Source: an uncultured delta proteobacterium (lineage in GTDB: Bacteria > Myxococcota > Kuafuiibacteriia > Kuafuiibacteriales > Kuafuiibacteriaceae). From it: a DNA stretch of 64,000 nt. The stretch spans positions 416,001-480,000 of the forward strand of contig CAWDML010000009.1 of the NCBI GenBank assembly GCA_963803435.1, given 5' to 3'. A program made the translations under genes and the position numbers. Positions 41,317-51,823 of the stretch are shown piece after piece (the first letter of the stretch is position 1; each line of letters begins with the position of its first letter). The notes beneath the pieces are model-generated. The model had not been told where the DNA came from, searched no databases, and saw nothing but the letters and a program-made list of their open reading frames with translations.

Positions 41317-43473
41317 TCAGCGGGGCTTGCGGCCCTCCTGGGGGTAGTGGGCCGGGACCTCGGCGTCGAGGCACTCGGGCTCGAGCGTGCGGGAGCCGTC
41401 GGTGCGGCCGGCCACCAGGCAGAGCGTGTGGACACCCGGGGTGAGCTTCGGCAGCGGCACGTAGCCGCAGCCGTCGTCGCGGTGGGGTTTGATCGCGCGG
41501 CCCTTCGTGGTCATGAGCGCGCGATAACGTTGCCACGCGGCGGCGTCGCCGGATGCGATCGGGCGGCCGTTCAACAGGCCGAAGTCGGCGTCGTAGTAGA
41601 TCGTGGCGAGCGGCGACTTCTTCCCTGAGGACATGGGCGGGTTGGCGCAGGCGAGGGCGACCATCGCGGCGCCGGGGCCGGCGGCGCCGAGCCGCTCGCG
41701 CACGCGATCGTCGATCGGGTTGATCAGGTACCAGGGGTCCATGTTCATCCACAGCCCGGTCTTGAACTCGGCGAGCTTGAACTCCCAGATCCAGAAGCGC
41801 GGCATGCGGAGCTCGACGTTGCCGCCGGCGGCGTCACGGTAGCGGACCTCGAACCGATAGGGGCCGGGAGTGACGGAGAGCTTCTGCAGCGTCAGCAGGA
41901 CCACGCAGCGCTGTCCGGTCGGGGAGCGGGTCGCCGGCTCGCACTCGAAGAACTTGTCCTCGTCGGGGATCTGAAAGCTCTGGCCGAAGGGCGCGTAGCC
42001 GCGGATCCCACCGCGCGCGAAGGGATCGGTCCCCGGGTTCACGTACCAGCCGTAGGCGCGGCCCGAGCGAACGGCGGCGCTCCGCTTGGGATCGTCGTCG
42101 CGGGCGAGCTTGGACTCCCACAGGCCGTCGTTCGGATACGGCTTGTCGCCGGGGGGCAGGGGCAGCTTGGTGAGCCGCACGTCGAGCGGGCCGGCCGGCC
42201 GCTCCGCGAGGAGAAGCTCGATCTCCCAGGCCGAGCTGGCACCGTCGCTCTTGCCGTCCGAGCCGCCGGCGATCATCTCCGCGAGCCAGCGGCTGGGCGG
42301 ATCGCGACCCTCCAGTCGCTCCCTCTTCAGGTTGCGCGCCAGCGAGAAGAAGGCCTCGGTGTCCACCAGCATCGGCTCGACGGCGCTGCGATTCCCGGGA
42401 TCGAGGAGGTACGAGGTCGCGCGCTCGAGCTCGACCGCCGCGGTGAGCGTGAACGCGCGGAGGCGCCGGCCGATCAGATCGATCGCCAGCACCGATCGAA
42501 ACGCCGGGTTCTCCGCCGACTCGGGCGCGGCCTGGAATGCACCGAGGTCGCCGGTCAGGTGCGCGCGCAGCGCCTGCTTGGAGGCAGCGTCGAGCCGCGC
42601 CTGGACGATCGCCGCCTGGCCGCGCTCGAGGGGGAGATCGGCGAACGCCGTCCACAGCTCGGCCCGCCGGGGCTCGAGCGCCAGCGCCGCGACCAGCGAC
42701 CGTTCGGCCTGGACCAGGTCCGAGTTGGCCCGGTGCGTCTTGAAGTTGTGGAGGTGATCGCGCCACGAGCTCGGGGCGAGGATCAGCCCACCGCTGCGCT
42801 CGAGCGTGCCGACGCGCTCCTCCAGCGCGTTGAGGCGATCCCGGGCGGCCCCGAACTCCGGATCGGCGCGTAGCGCCAGCGCCAGCTGGGAGCGCAGCGC
42901 CGCGCCGTCCCCGCGATCCTCGGCGTCGAGCGCGGCACCGAAGCGCGACATCGCCTCGAAGCTCTTGGTCCCGTGCTTCCCGATCTGCTTCTTGCCGATC
43001 GGGCTGAGCTTCGCGCCGAGCCCCGCCAGGACCTCGGCGGCGAGCGTCTTCTGCAGCTCGAAGATCCGCGCGCGCTCGCCCTCGACCTTGCCGGCGTAGA
43101 CGACCTCGCCCGTCTCGACGTCGATCGCGCGCACGTCCACCCGGAGCGCGGCGGCCTCCGCGAATACCTGGCCGGTCACGATCAGCTCGGCGCCCAGGCC
43201 CTTGCCCAGGCGGGCTGCGCCGCGCGGATCGAAGTACGGTGACTTCTCGAGCTCGACCTCGTGGAGGACCTCTTGAAGCCGAGCCCGCTCCACCAGGCGG
43301 ACGGCGTCGGCCGCGCTCAGATCCGTGATCAGCATCTGCGCCAGTCCCTTGCCGAGCGGCGCGAGCGCACCGTCGTTGGCGACGTCGAAGTCCGCCACCG
43401 CCACCACCACGGAGTCGTCGGCTCGCGCGCTCGGAGCCGCGAGCACCAGCAGAGCCACCAACACCGTTCTCAC
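41317..43473 (-). CDS. secreted CsgG/FlgO/TolB-N-like domain + TPR protein
   Basis: Signal peptide; 'VAVADF', 'LGKGLAQMLITDL', 'LVER..L..VL.E', 'IDVETGEV', 'ADPEF'. Confidence 0.75.
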   Translation of the reverse strand: MRTVLVALLVLAAPSARADDSVVVAVADFDVANDGALAPLGKGLAQMLITDLSAADAVRLVERARLQEVLHEVELEKSPYFDPRGAARLGKGLGAELIVTGQVFAEAAALRVDVRAIDVETGEVVYAGKVEGERARIFELQKTLAAEVLAGLGAKLSPIGKKQIGKHGTKSFEAMSRFGAALDAEDRGDGAALRSQLALALRADPEFGAARDRLNALEERVGTLERSGGLILAPSSWRDHLHNFKTHRANSDLVQAERSLVAALALEPRRAELWTAFADLPLERGQAAIVQARLDAASKQALRAHLTGDLGAFQAAPESAENPAFRSVLAIDLIGRRLRAFTLTAAVELERATSYLLDPGNRSAVEPMLVDTEAFFSLARNLKRERLEGRDPPSRWLAEMIAGGSDGKSDGASSAWEIELLLAERPAGPLDVRLTKLPLPPGDKPYPNDGLWESKLARDDDPKRSAAVRSGRAYGWYVNPGTDPFARGGIRGYAPFGQSFQIPDEDKFFECEPATRSPTGQRCVVLLTLQKLSVTPGPYRFEVRYRDAAGGNVELRMPRFWIWEFKLAEFKTGLWMNMDPWYLINPIDDRVRERLGAAGPGAAMVALACANPPMSSGKKSPLATIYYDADFGLLNGRPIASGDAAAWQRYRALMTTKGRAIKPHRDDGCGYVPLPKLTPGVHTLCLVAGRTDGSRTLEPECLDAEVPAHYPQEGRKPR

Positions 43474-43534
43474 CGCATCATCATACGCTGCGGAGGCGCT
43501 TCCCTGCCCTCGCCGTGCTATATGAGCCGATGCG

Positions 43535-44494
43535 ATGGCGAGCGCCGCCCAGAGGAGGTTGATCGACGCGTCGCACCGGATCGTCGAGCTGTTGGCGCCC
43601 GACTTCTGGGCGCTCGGATCGCTGAGCGACAGCCTGTCACCGATCGCGGAGCTGGCGCTCCCCAGCGAGCATCACGACCTCCTGAAGAACGCCGCCCGGA
43701 TCGCGCGGGTGGTGGTCGATCCGCCCGCGCCCGAGGTGCCGCCGCAGGATCGATCGCTGGTCCGCCTCCGCCCCATCCCCTCGTCGCCCCCCGACGCCTG
43801 CGCGATCGGCGCCGAGCACACGAGCCTGGGTTGGGAGCCCGTCTTCATCTGCGACCGTCCCGAGGGCCAGGTCGGACACTTACAGCGAGAGATGCTCAAG
43901 TGCTGGGCGACCGTGCTCTCACCCCGCCTGGCGCGGCCGCGCACCATGGTACGCTCGTTGGGGCCATGGGGACCGGCGCTGACGGTCGCGTTCGATCGGA
44001 TCACCGGCCTCAGCCTCGATCGGCTGGCGCCGATGTCGCCGCCGATGGCGCTCGGAATCTTGGCCGAGGCGCGGATCGGCCTGGACGCGCTCCACGCCCA
44101 GGGAATGACGCATGGAAGCCTCAAAACGAAACGGGTGCGCATCACACCCGCCGGCCGTCCCGTCCTCTGTTACGGGCTGGACGCCGCCCGGACCACCGTC
44201 TATGAGGACCACGCGGCCCTGGCCCAGATCGTCCTTTCGACCGCCTTTGATGATCCCCTCCTGCTCGAGATCCTGGCGGGCCGGGACGAAGGCGCCTGCA
44301 CCGTCGCCTGTGACCGGGTCGTTCAAATGGCGCCGAGCCTCGACGATCTGGCGGTCGGAGCGCTCCGGCAGGACGGCTCGCCGGATCTGATCCCGGGAGC
44401 GCTGGCGCGGCTGCTCGATCCCGACGAGCCGGCGGCCCGGCTCGCCGAAGTGCTCGAGGCGGTCGGAAGCTATCGGTTCGACGGAGCTCGATGA
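43535..44494 (+). CDS. hypothetical protein with a degenerate Ser/Thr kinase-like domain
   Basis: 'LDALHAQGMTHGSLKTKRVRITPAGRPVLCYGL' aligns with kinase subdomains VIa-VII. Confidence 0.6.
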   Translation: MASAAQRRLIDASHRIVELLAPDFWALGSLSDSLSPIAELALPSEHHDLLKNAARIARVVVDPPAPEVPPQDRSLVRLRPIPSSPPDACAIGAEHTSLGWEPVFICDRPEGQVGHLQREMLKCWATVLSPRLARPRTMVRSLGPWGPALTVAFDRITGLSLDRLAPMSPPMALGILAEARIGLDALHAQGMTHGSLKTKRVRITPAGRPVLCYGLDAARTTVYEDHAALAQIVLSTAFDDPLLLEILAGRDEGACTVACDRVVQMAPSLDDLAVGALRQDGSPDLIPGALARLLDPDEPAARLAEVLEAVGSYRFDGAR

Positions 44495-44512
44495 TAGCCT
44501 CGATCCCGAACG

Positions 44513-44983
44513 ATGGACCTCGACACCCACCAACTCCCTGACGGGACCCAGATCTCCCTCCGGGGACCCGTCGACGAGGAGGCGGACTTCGTGCCCGTAC
44601 TGACGCAAATCAATCGCGGGGGGCGCTTTGTCCTCGACCTCGCGGGGGTCTCACACATCAACTCGTCCGGGGTCCGGGAGTGGATTCGATTCGTCCGCGG
44701 GATCCGAGGGGGCGGACCGGTGGAGCTGACCAACTGTCCGCCGCAGTTCATCGATCAGGTCAACATGCTCAACAACTTCCTCGGATCGACGACCGTGCAG
44801 AGCCTGGTGGTCCCCTTCGTCTGCATCGGTTGCGGTGAGACGCTCGAACAGACCGCGAGGTCTGACACCCTGGTCTCGCGTGATCCCGAGCCTCCGCGAT
44901 GCGAGCGCTGCGGCGCGACCATGGAGCTCGACGCCATCGCCGACGTCTACTTCGCGTTCCTGCGCGAGCCTCGACACCCATGA
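44513..44983 (+). CDS. STAS domain + zinc-ribbon protein
   Basis: 'LDLAGVSHINSSGVREW' (STAS phospho-Ser motif) plus CIGC/CERC. Confidence 0.8.
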   Translation: MDLDTHQLPDGTQISLRGPVDEEADFVPVLTQINRGGRFVLDLAGVSHINSSGVREWIRFVRGIRGGGPVELTNCPPQFIDQVNMLNNFLGSTTVQSLVVPFVCIGCGETLEQTARSDTLVSRDPEPPRCERCGATMELDAIADVYFAFLREPRHP

Positions 44984-47123
44984 GCGAGGTCGAGATGCGG
45001 ACAGCGGCCGGCTTCGTCGCCGGGTTGTACGATGCCGCGGCGTTGCTCGACCGGGAGCTGATCATACTCGCCGCCAATCCCGCGTTCGGACCGCTGGCAG
45101 GGCTTCGCTCCCATGCGCTGCTCGCTCAGATCGAGCGGCGGATCCCCTTCGACGTCCTGCTGGCCGTCGGCGACCCCACCGTGCGCGCGAGCGCCGAGCT
45201 CTGCGTCGCCACCGGTCGCGCGCAGCACCTGGCCGAGAAGGAGGTTCAGAACAAGGCGGGAGATCGCTTCGTCACCTGGATCAGCTTCGTGCCGGTGGTC
45301 GACGAGGAGGAGCGCGTCGTCGGCGTCGTCGAGATCGTCCGCGATGTCACCGGCGAGTCCGCAACGCACGTCCGACTCCGTCAGATGGCTGCGCTGGCCC
45401 AGGCGCGCGCCGACGAGCTCGAGCGGGCGGTCGAGCATCGCACGCGCGAGCTTCACGCGGCGCTCGACGAGGTCACGCGGCTGTCGCGCATCGACCCGCT
45501 GACGGGGCTGTTGAATCGACGGGCGTTTACCGAGGGCGCGACCCAGGTGCTCTCGCTCGGGCGCCGCCATCACCGAAACGCCGGCCTGCTGATGTGCGAT
45601 CTTCGACCACTTCAAGCGCTTGAACGACACGCACGGCCACCAGGCGGGCGATGCGGTGCTGGTCGCGGTCGCCGACGCGCTGCGCGCTTCCGTTCGAGAC
45701 AGCGACGTCGTGGGTCGCTTCGGAGGCGAGGAGCTGGTCATCCTGCTCTCGGAGACCGCCGAGGCCTCGGTCAAGGACGTCGCCGATCGATGCCTCCGGG
45801 CGGTGCGCAACATTCCGATCGTCGAGCTGGTCCCGCGGATGAGCCGGGCCCCGACGCTCAGCATCGGCGCCGCCATCTTCCCCGACCACGGCGAGACGCT
45901 CGACGAGCTGGTCAGCGCCGCCGACGTCGCGCTCTACGAAGCCAAGGGCAGCGGCCGCGATCGCGCGGTGCTCTTCCAGCCCTCGATGGAGATCCTCCCC
46001 ACCGAGGATCTGCGCTCGGCCAAGACGAGGGTCCTGGCGGTGGTACGCCAAGACCGGCTCGAGCAGACCGAGCGCGTGCTGGCGCCCTCGTTCGATCTGG
46101 TGGCGACCTCATGGCCCGAGCGCGGGCTCGAGCTCGCCGCCAAGAACATGTTCGACGTGCTGGTCGCCGACGGAGATCTGGGCGCGACCTCGGGCGTCGA
46201 CTTTCTGCGCGACACGCCCTCGACGGCCGCGAGCTCGGTCCGCCTGCTGCTGGTGAAGAGCCCCGAAGCCTTTCACGAGGCGCGCGCGGCCTCGGCGCGG
46301 GTCGACTGGTTCCTCCTCGAGAGCGAGGCCCCGCGTCACCTCCGGGACGCGATCAAGGACGCGCTGGCGCTCCGGGAGGTCGAGCGCGGCCTCCTCGGCA
46401 AGAACCTGTCGGGACCTCGGCACCGCCGCTCCGCGGATCAGAATCCGCCAGCAACTGCAGGACGGATCGCTCTCTTTCGTCTTTCGGCCGATCGTCGATC
46501 GCGAGCGTCAGCTGTTCGCGTACGAGCTGCTTTGCCGTCCGCCCGAGGAGGAGGTTCGCCTCACGCCCAGCGAGCTCTTCGAGGGTGCCGCGCGCACCGG
46601 CGACATCTGGCGCGTCGGGCGTCTCACGCGCGAGGGCATCGCGGCCGAGATCGAGCGCATCGCGCAGGGCAAGCTGGTCTTCGTGAATCTCCATCCGGCA
46701 GAGATCCGCGATCCGGAGCTGGTCGCCGGGCGCGACCACCTGGTCCGCGTGCTCGATCGCGTGGTGTTCGACATCCGGGAGAGCGCAGGCGCCAACTTCG
46801 CCCAGATCAACGGAGACCTCGAGGCGCTGCGTAGGCTCGGGTTCCAGATCTCGATCGACGACATCGGTCCCGGCTACCGCAGCCTCAGCAGCGTGGTGCT
46901 CCTCCAGCCCAGCTTCCTCAAGCTGCCCGGGGTGCTCACCCGCGAGCTTCGCGAGTCGAAGGGTCGCCTGGATCTCATCCGGCGCGCCATCGACATCGCG
47001 CACACGGTCGAAGCGAAGGTGATCGCGACGGAGCTCGAGTCCGAGTCCGACGCCGAGCTCTGCGAGATCGCGGGCTGCGATCTGTTCACCGGCTATCTGT
47101 TCGGGGAGCCGAGCGTCGCGTAG
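44980..47123 (+). CDS. PAS-GGDEF-REC-like-EAL protein; extra bases near 45602 and 46442
   Basis: 'DPLTGLLNRR', 'D(L)DHFKRLNDTHGH', I-site RDSD, GGEEL; EAL part 'YELLCR', 'FVN', 'DDIGPG', 'GYLF'; three consecutive frames. Confidence 0.85.
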
Positions 47124-47400
47124 TTCGTCAGACGAGTCGACAGCTCGCAGCTCGCAGCCGTCACGAGGGCCGGACAGATCGAGTCGATCCACCCGTACGC
47201 GCGCACGTAGGTGGCGGTGCTTCCGACGTTCGTCAGCTGCGCGCTGGTGAAGTTCGGGTCCGAGCGGAGCGCGCAGGGATCCGCGGTGCTGAGCGCGTCG
47301 GTCTCGACCGCTTCTCGGCACTGGCGCCGTCTTCCGGACCGCCGCAGGCCACCAGGCTGGAGGTGAGAATCACGAAACAGAAACTCGACGAGGCTTTCAT
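47093..47400 (-). CDS. small lipoprotein hidden by a single missing base near 47313
   Basis: ATG 47400 gives MKASSSFCFVILTSSLVAC (lipobox); the mature part 'EAVETDALSTADPC...' is in the neighbouring frame. Confidence 0.5.
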
Positions 47401-47554
47401 GGTTTGGACTCCTTCTTCGCTTGAGCGATGCGGGGGACGATTCCACGCCGCGTGCCGCCGCCCCGCGGCTGTTTGCGTCTCGCGTTTCGGTGTCCAGGCC
47501 CGGCGCCGTGACTGTCAGCTCGCCTTTCGACAGTCACTCGGCTAGGCCGTGAGA

Positions 47555-49675
47555 ATGCGTGCTCGCTCGGCAGTCCTGCTCCTCGTCCCCGCGCTCGCCC
47601 TGGTAGCCTGCAGCGACGGAGGCACCGACGATCTCGACGCCTCTGCCGGACGGGACGCCTCGGGCTCCGACACCGGCGGGAGGGACGCCGCGGTCGCCGA
47701 CGCGTCCCCAGCCGACGCGACGCCCAGGGACGCGGCCCTCGACGCCGGGACGGACGCCGGCACGGACGGGGGCACGTCACGACCCGAGGACTGCGATCCT
47801 CTCCAGCCGGAGCTCTGCAGCCTGCCGTGGCCCTCGAACCTGTACCTCGCGCCCGACGCAGCCCGCGCCACCGGATACACGCTCACGTTCGGACCGACCA
47901 CGCTGCCGGCCAACCGATCCGGCGCGCACGTCGATCCGCTGCCCTACCAACGCATGGACGGCTACGGGCTGGGGGCGCCGATCATGGTGCTCTTCCCGGA
48001 TCTCGACTTCGGAGCGAGCGGCCTCAGCGATGAGACCAACATCGCAGGCTCGCTCGAGCCGAACGCGCCGATCCTCCTGTACCGCGTTGCCGGCACCGGG
48101 CTCTCGCGCGTCCCCTACTACGCGGAGCTCGACAGCTCGGAGGCGGATCCCGCGCGGCGGATCCTGTTCGTCCGGCCGGCCGTGATCCTCGAGGAGGCGT
48201 CCCGATATGTGGTGGCGATCCGCAACCTCCAGGACGGAAGCGGTACCGTCTATCCCCCGAGCGAGGCCTTCCGCGCGCTGCGCGCGTCGACGACCGCCGG
48301 CGACCCGCTGCTGGCGCCTCGCCAGGCCCGCTTCGACGAGCTTCTCGGCTTCCTCAGTGGCGCCGGCGTGGATCCCGATTCGCTCCAGCTCGCCTGGGAC
48401 TTCGTGACCGCGTCCCCTGCGGCGCTCCACGGGCGGCTGCTCGCCATGCGAGATGACGCCCTCCAGCGCACCGGCGAAATGGGACCCGCCCTCACCATCA
48501 CGAGCACCACCGAGTACGTCCCCACCGACGACGGCTCGGGCCGGCCGATCGATCCGGACCTCTGGTACCGCGTCGAGGGCACGATGACCGTCCCGAGCTA
48601 TCTCCGCGTCAAGAGCATCAACTTCACCTCGCACACGGTGCTCAACCTGGACGCGGACGGAGTGCCGCAGGTCAACGGCACGCGCTCGGCGCGCTTCTGG
48701 ATCAACGTGCCGCGTTCGGTGGCCAGCTCCACGATCAGCCACGGCCTCTTGATCTACGGCCACGGACTGCTGGGCTCGGGCGATCAAGCGCTCTCGGGTT
48801 ACAACCGCAGGATCGCGAACCAGTATCACTACCTCTACTGCGGCGCGAACCTGACCGGCTTCTCCGAGGACGACACGCTCACCACGGCGTCCGCCGTTCT
48901 CGACATGTCCGGCTTCGAGTGGATCGCGGACACCACCCACCAGGGCTTGATCGAATACTTGCTCCTGGCGCGCGCGATGCGGGCGCGGTTCCCGTCGTTG
49001 CCGTTCTTTCAGCGGATCGGCGCCAACATCGATCCGAGCCGTCTCTACTACGAAGGGATCTCACAGGGCGGGATCTTCGGCGCTACGGTGCTCGCGATGT
49101 CGACCGACTTCACGCGCGGACACCTGGGCGTTCCCGGTCTCAACTACAGCACGCTGCTTTATCGCTCGGTCGACTTCGCGCCGTTCTTCGAGATGATGGC
49201 GCAATCGTACACGGACAGCCGCGATCGGGCGGTGCTGCTGGCGGCGGCCCAGCTCTTGTGGGACGGCACCGATCCGGTGAGCTACTACCGACACCTGGCG
49301 CAGGATCCGCTCCCGGGCACGCCCGCCCACGAGGTCCTCCTCGGTCCGGCCAAGGGCGACTGGCAGGTCGCGGGCATCACGGTCGAGATGCTGGCCCGGA
49401 CGGACGTCGGCATTCCGCTGATGGAGCCGTACGACGACGAGCGGACGCCCTACGGGATCGTTCAGCAGCCGTATCCGCGAGCGGGATCGGGCATCGTGCT
49501 CTTCGACTTCGGGAACCCGTGGCCGGAGCCGGGCAACCACCCGCCGATGGACGACGTCGGTGACCCCCACGGCTCGCCGCGTAACCTCCCGGCCCACAAT
49601 GCGCAGATGGACCACTTCCTCCGCACCGGCGAGATCATCGACGTGTGTGGCGGGGACGGGTGCCACCCCGACTGA
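47555..49675 (+). CDS. lipoprotein alpha/beta hydrolase (extracellular lipase-like)
   Basis: Lipobox LVAC; 'LPWPSN'; 'YGHGLLG'; nucleophile GISQG; Asp 'GDWQV'; His 'DPH'. Confidence 0.85.
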   Translation: MRARSAVLLLVPALALVACSDGGTDDLDASAGRDASGSDTGGRDAAVADASPADATPRDAALDAGTDAGTDGGTSRPEDCDPLQPELCSLPWPSNLYLAPDAARATGYTLTFGPTTLPANRSGAHVDPLPYQRMDGYGLGAPIMVLFPDLDFGASGLSDETNIAGSLEPNAPILLYRVAGTGLSRVPYYAELDSSEADPARRILFVRPAVILEEASRYVVAIRNLQDGSGTVYPPSEAFRALRASTTAGDPLLAPRQARFDELLGFLSGAGVDPDSLQLAWDFVTASPAALHGRLLAMRDDALQRTGEMGPALTITSTTEYVPTDDGSGRPIDPDLWYRVEGTMTVPSYLRVKSINFTSHTVLNLDADGVPQVNGTRSARFWINVPRSVASSTISHGLLIYGHGLLGSGDQALSGYNRRIANQYHYLYCGANLTGFSEDDTLTTASAVLDMSGFEWIADTTHQGLIEYLLLARAMRARFPSLPFFQRIGANIDPSRLYYEGISQGGIFGATVLAMSTDFTRGHLGVPGLNYSTLLYRSVDFAPFFEMMAQSYTDSRDRAVLLAAAQLLWDGTDPVSYYRHLAQDPLPGTPAHEVLLGPAKGDWQVAGITVEMLARTDVGIPLMEPYDDERTPYGIVQQPYPRAGSGIVLFDFGNPWPEPGNHPPMDDVGDPHGSPRNLPAHNAQMDHFLRTGEIIDVCGGDGCHPD

Positions 49676-49838
49676 GCATCTGCGGCGGGACGCCCGCCAC
49701 GGGACTCGCGGCACGACCTGCACCCCATGTCGACGGATCCGTGGGGGCGCCGACGCACGTCGACGGCACGGCGGACACGGACTTCTTCGACACGGGGATC
49801 ACGGGCGACGGCACGGGCTGCGCCGGGCCGTAGGGACG

Positions 49839-50471
49839 TCAGCGCTCCAGCGTCATGGCTGCGAGCTCGAGGCTCACGATCAGATCGGTGATCCGATCGC
49901 GCTCCGCGCGCGCCATGTCGAGCGCCTGCTGAACGGCGGCGGTGGCGACGTCGGTGGGGCCGGTGACCATCGAACCCCAATGGGCCGCGATCAGCCGCGC
50001 CTGGGTGTTGAAGCCGAGCTGCTCGAGGATCAGCTGGCTGTGGAACTTGACGGTGCGGACCGCAATGCCGAGCTTCTTCGCAATCTCGGCGTGCGACCGG
50101 CCTTGCACGAGGAGATCGTAGACCTCCTTGACGCGCGCGGTCTGGAGGTCGTCGCGAAATCCCGTCGGGTTGGAGGTCGTGATCGCGCGTCCGTGGGCGG
50201 CCAGGAGCTCGGTGCGCTTGGTGAACCCCGTCGCGCGTAGGATGCCGCCGATGTGAAACTTGACGGTGCGGGCCGTGATTCGGAGCTGCTTCGCGATCTC
50301 CTCGTTCGACATGCCCTGGATCAGGCGGTCATAGACTTCGATCTGTTGGGAGGAGCTCAGCTTGGAACAAGGCGTCGTCCGGGGCACCGGCGGAGAATAG
50401 GGGTCAGGAGTGCGCCGTGCAAGTTGTCTTGACAGCTGATCCTCGGGCCGTGGGCGCACTCCCTTCACCAT
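49839..50471 (-). CDS. tandem double LuxR-type HTH regulator (start uncertain)
   Basis: 'GMSNEEIAKQLRITARTVKFH' and 'GRSHAEIAKKLGIAVRTVKFH'. Confidence 0.8.
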   Translation of the reverse strand: MVKGVRPRPEDQLSRQLARRTPDPYSPPVPRTTPCSKLSSSQQIEVYDRLIQGMSNEEIAKQLRITARTVKFHIGGILRATGFTKRTELLAAHGRAITTSNPTGFRDDLQTARVKEVYDLLVQGRSHAEIAKKLGIAVRTVKFHSQLILEQLGFNTQARLIAAHWGSMVTGPTDVATAAVQQALDMARAERDRITDLIVSLELAAMTLER

Positions 50472-50544
50472 ACCGCCGCGAATGCCGCAACTCGTCGCTC
50501 GCAGCGATTCGCCACGGCCCATCACGGCAAGCTGAGTTGCGGGA

Positions 50545-50560
50545 TGGCATCGCCGTTGCT
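50545..50560 (+). promoter_or_regulatory. sigma-54 promoter
   Basis: TGGCAT-CGCCG-TTGCT, followed by an AGGAGG RBS before the DUF4142 gene. Confidence 0.7.
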
Positions 50561-50603
50561 CTCAACAGGAGCGACCGCGAGAGCGGTAGGAGGTAGATGA
50601 AAG

Positions 50604-51215
50604 ATGATTCGAATCACGCGCGCAACGACGTTCGTGGCGCTGGTGGCGGGTCTGGGCGCCCTCGGGTATTCGGTCGAGGTCCGCGCCCAAGAGGATCCCA
50701 CCAACCCACCGACCGGGACGAACCCGACGATGCAGCCGCAGCATGCGGAAGGGGCGAAGGCGTCGCTCACCAAGCAGGACAGCGGCTTTCTGCGGGACGC
50801 AGCCGAGGGTGGGATGTTCGAGGTGCAGCTGGCCCAAGTCGTTCAGGAGAAGGCGACGAACCCCCAGGTGAAGGAGCTGGCCCAGCGGATCGCCGAGGAC
50901 CATACCAAGGCGAACGATCAGCTGACCTCGATCGCACAGCAGATCGGGGCGGAGGTCCCTCAGACCGTGAGCAAGGCGGATCAGAAGCGGATCGACTCGT
51001 TCGGCAAGATGGACCCGAGCAAGCTGGACAGCGAGTACGTGAAGCTCATGATCGATGACCATCAGAAGGACATCAAAGCCTTCACGAACGAGGTGAATAA
51101 GGGGAAGAACGAGTCGCTGACCTCGTTTGCCTCCCAGACGCTGCCGACGCTGAAGACGCACCTCCAGATGGCGCAGGATGCCCAGAAGTCGCTGAAGCCG
51201 GCGGCCCGGATGTAG
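50604..51215 (+). CDS. DUF4142 domain secreted protein (ferritin-like helical bundle)
   Basis: 'D..FL..AAEGGMFEVQLA', 'DHTKAN', 'MIDDHQKDI', 'LPTLKTHL'. Confidence 0.9.
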   Translation: MIRITRATTFVALVAGLGALGYSVEVRAQEDPTNPPTGTNPTMQPQHAEGAKASLTKQDSGFLRDAAEGGMFEVQLAQVVQEKATNPQVKELAQRIAEDHTKANDQLTSIAQQIGAEVPQTVSKADQKRIDSFGKMDPSKLDSEYVKLMIDDHQKDIKAFTNEVNKGKNESLTSFASQTLPTLKTHLQMAQDAQKSLKPAARM

Positions 51216-51219
51216 CCTC

Positions 51220-51823
51220 TCAAGGCTTTGCCGGGAGCAGGCGTGCGACGCCGGCGAGCAGGTCGATGCGCGCGTCCTCGATTCTCGGGTCTCTCGAGAA
51301 CGAATCGGTGCACGACCTCGCCGTCGAACATGGTGATCACGGTATCCACCACCAGACCGAAGTGATCCCCCAGCCCGTCCGCCAGTTCCGGGAGGAGCTG
51401 GCGGGCGAGCTGTTCGATGTCGTCGTAGTAGCGGACGGCCACCGGCTGGAGGGCCGCCAGCAGGCCCGGGTTGGTCCGCGCGGCCACGGCCAGCTCGTAC
51501 CAGGCTTGATTGAGGCGCGAGCGGCACTGGTCGCGGACCAGCCGGAGGGCGAAGGCCAGCCGATCCTCGTGCTCGTCCGCCCGCCTGAAGTCCTCGCGAT
51601 ACTGGTCGAGGAGCTTCGCCCCCACGTCCTCCACCACCGCGACCATGAGGGCCTCGCGCGAGGCGAAGTGCCTGAAGAGGCCGCCCTGGGATACCTGGGC
51701 GCGCTGGCAGACCGCCTGCACCGTGGCGCCGGCGTAGCCGACCTCGATCAAGGTCTCGGTCGCGGCGTCGAGGAGCTTGCGGATGGTACCGGCGCGGCGC
51801 TCCTCCTGGGTTCGCCGCGCCAT
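51220..51823 (-). CDS. TetR-family regulator; one extra base near 51282
   Basis: 'RRTQEERRAGT..KLLDA...GYAGAT...VSQGGLFRHF'; the corrected frame ends at TGA 51220. Confidence 0.9.

Noticed and set aside
49690-49833. Short ORF-like stretch (HVDG...HVDG...CAGP)
   Set aside because: No credible start or recognisable family; at most a remnant.
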